Below are positions 54,276 through 64,000 of a stretch of 64,000 nucleotides of DNA, one piece after another (position 1 is the stretch's first letter; each line of letters begins with the position of its first letter). The translations under genes were made by a program, and so were the position numbers. A model generated the notes under the pieces. It saw nothing but the letters and a program-made list of their open reading frames with translations, was not told where the DNA came from and did no database searches. Where the stretch lies: positions 65,534,001 to 65,598,000 of the forward strand of contig OZ024746.1 in the NCBI GenBank assembly GCA_964016885.1, given 5' to 3'. Source of the stretch: Eledone cirrhosa (lineage: Eukaryota).

Positions 54276-54507
54276 CGGTCATTAAAATGTTTATTGTATA
54301 ACAAATCTTTAAGGAATTACACCAGTCCAGCCTCCTGTCATTTTATAATTATATTATGTAATTCCTTAAAGATTTATTATACTATAAACATTGTAATGAC
54401 CGGGTTCAGTATGAATCCGGTGAGACCATCAGGTATTCCGAAATTTTTCCAGCAAAGAAATTTAACAATAGATGCATATATATATATATATATATAGCTT
54501 ATATACA

Positions 54508-54750
54508 CATAGCTTAATGGTTAGAGTGTCTTGCTTACAATCATGAGGTTGTGGACCGCGTGGTGTGTTGTGTGCTTGAGAGAGACACTTTATTTCATGT
54601 TGCTCTTGTTTACTCTGGTGTTGAAATAATTTGCGACGTGTCTGGTGCCTTTGCTTTCCCAGTGAGAAACATCGATGGTGTGGAGGAAGGAGATTGTCAT
54701 GCATATGTGACTGCTGAAACAACCTTGTCCAGATTTGTGCCTCGCGGTAA
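54508..54750 (+). mobile_element. Second-family tRNA-derived SINE
   Basis: tagcttaatggttagagtgtcttgcttacaatcatgaggttgtgg tRNA-like head followed by ttgtgtgcttgagagagacactttattt. Confidence 0.6.
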
Positions 54751-54768
54751 CTATACTATATTATATAA

Positions 54769-54842
<74 letters not shown>

Positions 54843-54847
54843 ATATA

Positions 54848-54975
<128 letters not shown>

Positions 54976-55133
54976 TTATTTTTGAAAAGCATTTAGAAAT
55001 GCGCAACCGGTAAAAACTTAAAAACTTAAAACCACAACTGAATACTAACCCATACAATCACTAATACTCTTTTATTCCTAATTAAACCATTTTTCAACTG
55101 TGAACAATTTGTCAGCATTTTCTATTCCGTTTA

Positions 55134-55189
<56 letters not shown>

Positions 55190-55190
<1 letters not shown>

Positions 55191-55245
55191 GCCCCAGCAT
55201 GGCCTCAGCCGGATGGCTGAAACAGGTAAAAGAGTAAAAGAGTAT
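55190..55245 (+). mobile_element. SINE 3' tail fragment
   Basis: gccccagcatggcctcagccggatggctgaaacaggtaaaagagtaaaagag: stem-loop plus (TAAAAGAG) tail. Confidence 0.45.
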
Positions 55246-55334
<89 letters not shown>

Positions 55335-57569
55335 TTTTAATGTATTTGTTTGTACGTGTTTCAGATATCCCCACAAAAATGCTGCTAGCATATCCTTTAC
55401 GAGCAGCTCTCGAATTTCGGTAAACCAAAAATCGAAAATACTTTTACAAGTACTTGTTCCTTGGTTAATTGTAGCATTACTACAGTAGTATTAAAATATT
55501 CTGACAGTAATGTTAAATTAAACTTCAAATACCGTCAACGAGACAGGCCAAACAAACTTTGAGAATTACAAATTACATTGTTTGCAGAATTGACATTACA
55601 AATTATACTAATAATAAGAAAAACCAGCCACGGAAGTAGGAGAAAATAAGATAAAGCAGCCTATAATTCATGCATCATATATAACCAAAGAAAATAGCAA
55701 CCACAAGAACATTTTAAAGACTGCTCACAATACTCATTATCGAAATGACGGAAAATAGATGGATCCACATCACACATAACTCAGGACTCCGAGTGTTCGC
55801 AATAGAAGTAATAACTGCCGCACAAACAATGTTATCAGTATCTTAAGTATCAACCGTAAAGCCGTTTAAAAACTGCACTAGTGTTTCTCTGTATATACAC
55901 GCATCATTTACACATTTGTCAGCCAGGTAATAAATCTCATTCTAACCTAACTACCGTCCTGACACCGACCCAGATAATAGAGCAGAGGTTTATCCGACAT
56001 AATGTCTTTCAGGAAATAAGTTGGTCTCAGTTAGGTGTGAATTGTGCCAAACCAAAGATACCATTTCATAGCCAATTACCATTCTTCAGTAGTTTCTTAT
56101 AACCGATTTTCTTGCCAACCGTGCCGTGAGTAGCGTAAGTAGATAAAAGCAATTATTCTTTGTTTCCGGAATTCAATGTATCTTTTGTGTTGAATTTATT
56201 CTAACAGACCTGCAAGAAGAATTAGCAGTTCGTCTGTTTTCATACTTTTTTCTTAATTTATCAGGAAAATCTACGAGAAATAATGCCTATGGGATGAGGA
56301 GCAATAAATCTTTAAGTCTTTCACAAAGAGAAGTAATGACATTCGGTACATATATTATTAGAATTCTATCTTATTTTGCGAATAACATTTTAACTTCACT
56401 ACTAACGCTTAGACTTAACTGTAAAAAGTAGGAGACATAAACATTTACGTGAGAATTTATTTTAGAATGTTTACGTATGTTCATAACTAAACTGAAGTGA
56501 CATCTAGAATGTATATTGAATGTTTTCCAGTGTTTTTGTGTTTTTATTCTGAATTTTCATTTCAACAATTTAATTTTAATTTTGTTTTACGGATAGCCGT
56601 CTCTCATTGGTATGTGATAGTAGCTATGTTTTATTAGGTTTACGATCGTTCATTGTATTGTTGTGTTAGAATGAAAGACGACATGAAAGTTTAACACCAT
56701 GTCTATTTCACACCAGTTTGTCTTGTCCTCATGTAATGATTGAATTATCATATTATCCTGAGTTATACCTTTAATTTCTTCTTTTCTGAGAATAACATAA
56801 GTACTACTAACACGTCTGAGCTGATTCTTTAAAACTAATCAGTCATAAACGTAAATGGTGGCTGTGTGCATAAACGGAAGTTAAACACTCATCTTATTTC
56901 GGTGTATTCTAAACTGATGTAACACTGCCTTCGTGAATCTAAACAATAATAAAGTAAGAAGCGCAGGACTGCGTACGATTTATAATTATTTATCCCCTTA
57001 GTAAAATAAGTTGGATTACTTTGAATAAATAATGAATGAATATTACATAATTTATCTACTAAATTTCGTGGCTGTTCATTAAATATATTTTATTATTTAT
57101 TTAAAGATTCACTTCTTTAACATTTTCAAATGCCAACGCTTCCGGTGGCGATCGCTTAAATAAATACTCATATATTTCCGTCACTAATTTTCTCCTAATG
57201 TAGTTTATATATAATATCGTCTTTTTTTTTAATGAATCATGGATTACATTACTGATTAAATAAGGCAGTGTAACAGTCTTCGTTCAATTTCTGTGTATAT
57301 TGTCAATTACAATTTTATTTGATGTATCATATCTACATGCATATATACTTGCGTAAAATATCAATATACACACTATACATACTAGCAGAAAACCACCCGA
57401 AGGAACATTTGAAAACAAATAAAATCACACAAATAGATAAATAAATAAAAACAAAAAATAGATAGCCAATTCCCCCTTACCAGCTACGAATATTGGTTAT
57501 ACCAAAATTGTAAACCTTATTAAAGAATCGACTTCTACAATTGTAATAAGAGAAATAATTAAAAATAAT

Positions 57570-57830
57570 GTATATACTTTTTCAGAGCTTATTATTAGAG
57601 ACATGAACTAAATATTTTACCCCATTTTCTTCTTGCATGCATACTGTAGTAGTCTATTGACATTGAAACACACCTCCCATATCCACATTTCAAAACATGT
57701 AGTTTTGTATGCGAAGAATAACCTCTAAGCTTATTTATTGTATCTCCTCTATCTTCTGCCCAATCAAACATTGCTAAATGATTTTTCTGACATGATATAT
57801 TATGACCATTACATATTAACAAGGTACCAA
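57570..57830 (-). pseudogene. Possible Helitron helicase C-terminal relic
   Basis: LLICNG...TINKLRG...YACK loosely resembles LCNG...TINKSQG...YVACSR. Confidence 0.25.
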
Positions 57831-60718
57831 TTCAATATCTTTCGTTTTAATCCTATTGATGTTTAATCTTCCGTGTGTATTGTTGTAAGTTTCTAACACA
57901 TTGTTGCTGTTAGTATTTTGACTTCTCAAATAAGAGAGATAATTAGTTAAGCTTGTTTTGAACCTGTAGAAGCAAATCCGATCATTCTCCTAATCAGTGT
58001 AATCATTCGAACAGCAAAGAAACATATAGAACTATAATATCAGATGAAGTTTTAGAGTTTCAGTTAAGGAAAGTGTAAAAGTGATTAACATTGTTTGTTT
58101 CTCAAGAGTCTAATAGTGTAGAGTCCAAAGAACCAAAGTGTAGAAGAGCTACTGTGTTAAGAATAATTATATTTAGGAATAATTAGCTGTGTTGTTGAGA
58201 AACTATAAACACGCTTTAATTCACTTTTCAATACAGTGAACATGAATCATGCAGCCCACAGACTTCTAGATTCATAAAATATACTCCACGGAAAAATATA
58301 CTCCACGAAAAAATATAAACGCCTCACCGTATGGCCTTGAAGTCATACTGACAACTCTCCCCATCTGACGGGGCGGGTAATAGATCGTCTCATGTGAAAA
58401 TGAGTATAGATTTCATTATGTAAAATCATCCCATTTTGCCTCATTTATACCCGTTTTGCAGCACTGTTTTTCATAGTACTCCCCGTTTGGGCTTTTAGGA
58501 GTTGACCAGTCTGCCGAAACACCCATCAATTATATAATGTTTGCATGTTAATATTATGAATTACGCATACAAACATATCGTACAACTCTTATACCCAAAT
58601 CCTCGCAGTAATATCAGACTGCAGTAAAGTATCAATAACATGTAAAGTTAACAATAACGTTTCATATAATATATTGTTTGTTTAAATGATGATCAGTGGA
58701 GAGCGAAATGTTAAAATATGTGAAGTTATAATACCTTTGTTGAAATAGAAATTAACAGAAGCCGGGATGGTATGTCGAATTAAATTCGTAATTATAGCTT
58801 ATTTAATATATTTGGTGCATACAGAACTCATGATAATAGATACTCCTTATAATTCTGTGTTAAAACGAACAGAAACTATACCCACTCAGTAGGCCTCTAC
58901 TTCATAAGACATGGCATTATTCTGCAGTCATCATCATATTTATTTATATATGCATTTTACATTACATGTAGTTTTTAACATTTAACATTTGAACGGCATT
59001 TTCCAATAATCAGTGAAAAGTATTCTAGGAAAAGTATTTTATAATGTACTAATTGAAGGCAGCATTATATTAAGTTAAAATAATTTCCTTTGTTTTACTT
59101 TTATCTCTATTTGATAATTGATATTTAGGCTTGGCCTTCCTTATTTCAGTAATTATAGCAAGCAGGTAGCTGCAGCGATGCTAAGCGTTCTTTGTGTTGG
59201 TAATTAGCTTACAAGACGTGAAATTATAAAGATATTTACCTTTTTGTTAATTGAATCTCATGATTATATATAATTTACTTGTAATCTAACTTTGATAACA
59301 TCCGTGTGGTACGTCTTAATTATCCTAAACGAAATATAATTCGGCCAGATAAAATAAACGCACGCCACAGGAAGAGGCCTAAAACTTGTTTCAATAAACA
59401 TTCATGCAAGTATAAAAAAAAACATTACACATGTCGCCACTGAATTTGATATACCTCCTTGAGACACACCATACCTATATACGAATTGAAAATAGTTCTC
59501 AATGATTTATCATGATATAAATATATAAATAATCTCCTTGCAGCGTTATGTTCATTAAGCAATCTAGGACTGTGTAGTATTACATGAGTGTCTGGAATAG
59601 AAGCATTATATATATATATATATATAGTAATAATAATAACAATAATAATAATAAATGTGAAGACTAAAATCCGAATAATATATATGTATCAAGTTTAATA
59701 ACGCCTCTGTTATTTAACGAAGTTTATACTTCGCTGGTCCACTCAATAGGCGAATGATCAAATTAAACCTATGACGATATATGAGATAATGTGTTAAGAT
59801 TAAATCCAAATATACATTCTACTTTTTACTTTCACACTCACGAATTATAGATGGATAACCGTACATTACGTCATCAAATTTCAGTTCACTGATGATGTAG
59901 GTTAGTAATTTACAGATTTAAGAATATCAATTCACACGAAATAACCGGCTAGAGACAATACAAGCAATAAAAACCAGAAGCCCAATGAACATTTAACATT
60001 TGGTCCTTGTAACAAAAAGGGTATTCAATTTATTTATTACACACATTTTATTTGATAATCTATGCTAATCAGTATTTATCACTTAGATTTGTTTATTTCC
60101 TGTAACAAACCTAAAATAACAACATAGCCAAAAGATAGTAGAAATGGACCTCTTAGTTGAAGTCCTCGTAAAAGAACACAAACACAAAAAAACTACGAAA
60201 TATTAATTGGCATATAATCGATCAAAAATAGTCTAAATATAATTTAACTTTATTTTTTATCAATTTATAATCTCTCTAAAATCTATTATATTTTATAGGA
60301 CGTCCAATTAAATTAATTCAGAACATTAAACCCATCTTCTGTGAGTTTATTATTCTTCTTTAGAAATTAAAAAGAAAAATATCAGCAAAAAGGTAACAAC
60401 ACCATTTCTCATTTTCAAGTTTTAAAATTGGCACTACCATTAAAATTGTGAAGATATATTCTATTATATTTCATGGAATCTATATTGATTTACAACACAA
60501 GAATAACTTTACATGTTTATTTATGGGCAAATGATGTTGATCGATAGTCATATATTTGTCCTTTATGTGGACACATAATTAACCTACGTGGATGAGATTA
60601 AACAACTCATACACATATACTCACATACACAAGCACAAACACACACGCGTGCATACACACACACACATACACACACATACACACACACACACACACATAC
60701 ACACACACACTCACGCAT

Positions 60719-60757
<39 letters not shown>

Positions 60758-61039
60758 CGTATGTATTTAGCTGCATAGTGCGTGTGAATCTATGTATGTA
60801 TAAATATGTGATTGTCCATCTGTCTGCCTATCAGTCTGTCTATCTGTATGAATAAATGACTGTAAGTGTGTATGTATTTATGTATGTATGTATTTATGTG
60901 TGTATGTATTTATGTATGTATATATGTATGTATGTGTGTTTCTATGTATGGGTACAGACATAACCAAGTATTTGAAAAGTTAGCATTATAATCATACATC
61001 TCCCTGGCGTGAGATCTTGTGTAGACAGAAACTATCTGA

Positions 61040-61900
61040 GAGCCTAGTCTATTGCTTCTACGTGTAGTGTAAAAGGGTTAACTGTCGTACAACGTTTAGG
61101 TTGATTTCTCACTGTGATTATGTAAACGTTAATGTAGTTCAGTTGATTGAGTAGCAGAAATATTGCTCTTTGATTTATAGAAGCTTGTTTGTTCAACTCC
61201 AAATCATTATACAAATCATATGGGTCTGAACAAACTAGTTTCAATAAATCAAGAGATGGAAGGGAATTATACAATAGGTGTTTAAAAGTTTGTTGAAATA
61301 TGAAATATCTATGAGATATTTAATAGACACAATAATTCACACTAGATATATAAAACATGGACATAATTTATAAGTGACCCACCCACACATGGATGGGAAC
61401 TTACTATTTTACTTGAATCAGAGCAACCCACGTTTTTCTCGCCCACCATGCATTTTATAATTTCCGGCGATCACCGACTTTATCTGTAAACCTTATCTCC
61501 ATAACAGAATCCTTCTTTTCTGGATAAGTGCAATTTATTTATGTTTTTGTTAGTAAACACAAACGTCTTTCAACCGGGTGCTTTCTTGTTCATCAGGATA
61601 TTGCGTGAATTTCCCCCTCCATTTAATAGACCTTATTAAGCAAAACCAAATACATTGTTTAACCGGCTTTTAGAAGCTTTCAGACAGTGTTATTTTCTAT
61701 TTTATTTCCTATTTCATCTTGTCTCTGGAGCTTTCATTTCATCCTGATAATCACAAATATATACGGTCGGGGAAGACTTTTGGGACCGAGCGTGATGCAG
61801 TTTGATCGACTGTTTCAGGACTGGGGTGAATTACAACGACGGTGTCACCTGCTTTATGAACTGAGGAGGCAACGGTTTTACCGGACATTCTTGGAAATAC
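61040..61900 (-). pseudogene. Probable Helitron RepHel relic
   Basis: A frameshifted AG/*HRRCNSP (cf. AGEHERRFNAP); PCVGGS (cf. PSSF.GGPR); NQRAIFLLLNQLNYIN (cf. ERAILAP.N..V..IN). Confidence 0.4.
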
Positions 61901-62512
61901 AAATTATGGTATGATCTATGCTGTTACCGGAAGAGTAGCCTCGGGGTATACGTCATGTTGTCTTGTTTTAAGCTCTTCAGGCTGGAAACCATTGAATGAC
62001 TTTTGCCGCTACACGTATAATAATTAGAGGTTCATTACTGCAGCGTCAGATAATGATGATTTCGATATATACTTTGTACAACACGCAACGATTGTTTATA
62101 GGTGTATGTATTGGGGATAAAATATATATAAATGATACTATTTTGAAGTTTTTATTTCGCCGATGTAACATGAAGATGAGAAATCGAAACGTCGTAGTAT
62201 TTTTGAAAAGGAATCGCAAAACAAAAACATTATTCCGTGTATATACTAACTAAGAACGTTTCTAATTTCAACCAGCCCTGCATAATACAGATGACAATAC
62301 CACTTTATCACAAGGATCTCAGAGTTTTAAATACACATAAAACCCATCTAATCAAAGAAGATGGCGAAATAACAGAGTGTGTTTATATGTGTATATATCT
62401 CAAAATACGCAGTAACACAATTACTATGACAAGCAAAACGCCTTTATAATCTCTCTAGAGTTAATGTGAATTAAGTTGAGGTATACATTGGATGAATACT
62501 GATATCTAATTA

Positions 62513-62731
62513 ATGGTTTCTTATATAGGCCCGAGGCCAGCAATTTTGGGGGAGGGGAAATTCGATTAAATCGACATCAGTGCGTGACTGGTACTTTATT
62601 TTATCGACCCCGTAAGGATGAAAGGCAAAGATAACCTCGGCGAGATTTGAACTCAGATCATAAAATGCCACAACTCTATGCTGCAAAGCATGGCGTCCGA
62701 CCCTCTACGCATACTACCAACCCACCGCTCC
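62513..62731 (-). mobile_element. tRNA-derived SINE (long variant)
   Basis: Family consensus. Confidence 0.85.
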
Positions 62732-62961
62732 ACTGATATCTAATTAACACAAACACGGACGAGAAGGCCAAATGTTTATCGTAATGTTCCACTCTTATTT
62801 CGAATACATCTCTTGTAAAATTGAATTTACCCCGTCGGATATGTACTTTCTATGAGGAAAATATATTTCCGCCTAAACCCTGTGATGTGCGCTCATAACC
62901 CAGTTTCATTTATTACTTAAGTTATTTTAATTTTAATATATATCCTGATCTAATTTAAACA

Positions 62962-63099
62962 TAATTGTTTCTACTTTTGCCACAAGGCCAGCAATTATCC
63001 AGTGTATTACTGGTACTTTATTTTATCGACCCCGTAAGGATGAAAAGCAAAGTTAACCTCGGCGGCATTTGAACTCAGACTGTAAAGGGACGTAACTAT
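62962..63099 (-). mobile_element. tRNA-derived SINE (short variant, 5'-truncated)
   Basis: Family consensus. Confidence 0.85.
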
Positions 63100-64000
63100 A
63101 ATGTTATTCAATAATATGTATCGCTGAAATTATCACATCTAACTCAGAAGTTACGCCGTATCTGAAAAGCAGTAAATCAATAAACTGAAACGAAAATTTA
63201 TAGAAAGATTAAGAATTACAATTAGGCTGAAATGCTATCATCAATATTGTAATGGAAGAATTTCGATGATCATGTATTCGAAGTGATTACAAAAAGATCA
63301 ACACACGCACACACACTCATACACACACACACATACACACACACACATACATACACACATACAGATACACACATACCACCTCGCAAATATGTGTACATAG
63401 GTATATGTGTATGCGCTTATATGTGTGTAAGTATGTGTATGTGCGTGAGCGTATGTGTATATGTGTGAGTGTAGTTTTTCACAACACAAATTTTCTATAT
63501 CTGACTACTTTTATAATAAAACGTACTTATTCTGAATTGGTCGTTCAACATCCCGAATCATTCAACGACAAGAACGCACAAGTTTGTATGGATATTATTA
63601 TCGTTCATCAGCATATTGTTTCAGCCTCGTTAGCAAAGCATTACAGCATGTTGAAGAATTGTATGCAAATAAAATTTCATTATTATGCAAGGAAGACATG
63701 CAGATGTATCAAGTTGTCTAAAGGAATTTATATAACATTCACAAATTGCAAAAGGTCATTAGTGATGTAAGCAAGAAGAATCTAAACCAAATTGTAAAAG
63801 CTAACATTGTAATTTCCGCCTAGAATTTGAGACATGGTCGTGTCACTTTTGATAATTTGTTTCATGATTGTGTACCGTTGTCTGTGTTGAATAGAGGTGT
63901 CGTTGAGAAATACATACAACTAACTAAATGTGCCCAGCAGAAAAATGCAAGCAGCAGGAGTAGGTCGTTATAAGTTAAAGTTTTATTAATGTCTTGCGAT

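Overview
AT-rich, microsatellite-dense eukaryotic (animal) DNA with no host protein-coding exon that I can support. The SINE families and repeat landscape suggest a coleoid cephalopod such as Octopus (inference). Most short ORFs in the track are microsatellite artefacts. Recognisable content: (1) a ~5.6-kb Penelope-like retroelement (PLE; RT + C-terminal GIY-YIG) at 6761-12397, built as a giant fold-back with ~1.69-kb inverted arms, a ~200-codon in-frame Asn-rich insert and a hammerhead-ribozyme (HHR) core in each 3' tail; (2) several small non-coding elements with the same fold-back geometry, next to (TA)n, some with HHR cores or remnants; (3) a near-full-length CR1/L2-type LINE (PHD-finger ORF1, broken APE-RT ORF2) plus three 3' fragments; (4) decayed R4/Dong-type, RTE, L1/Tx1, hAT and probable Helitron fragments; (5) many tRNA-derived SINEs and compound microsatellites. 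The most interesting signal is the putative PLE/hammerhead/(TA)n-targeted fold-back system. All identities and folds were judged by eye.
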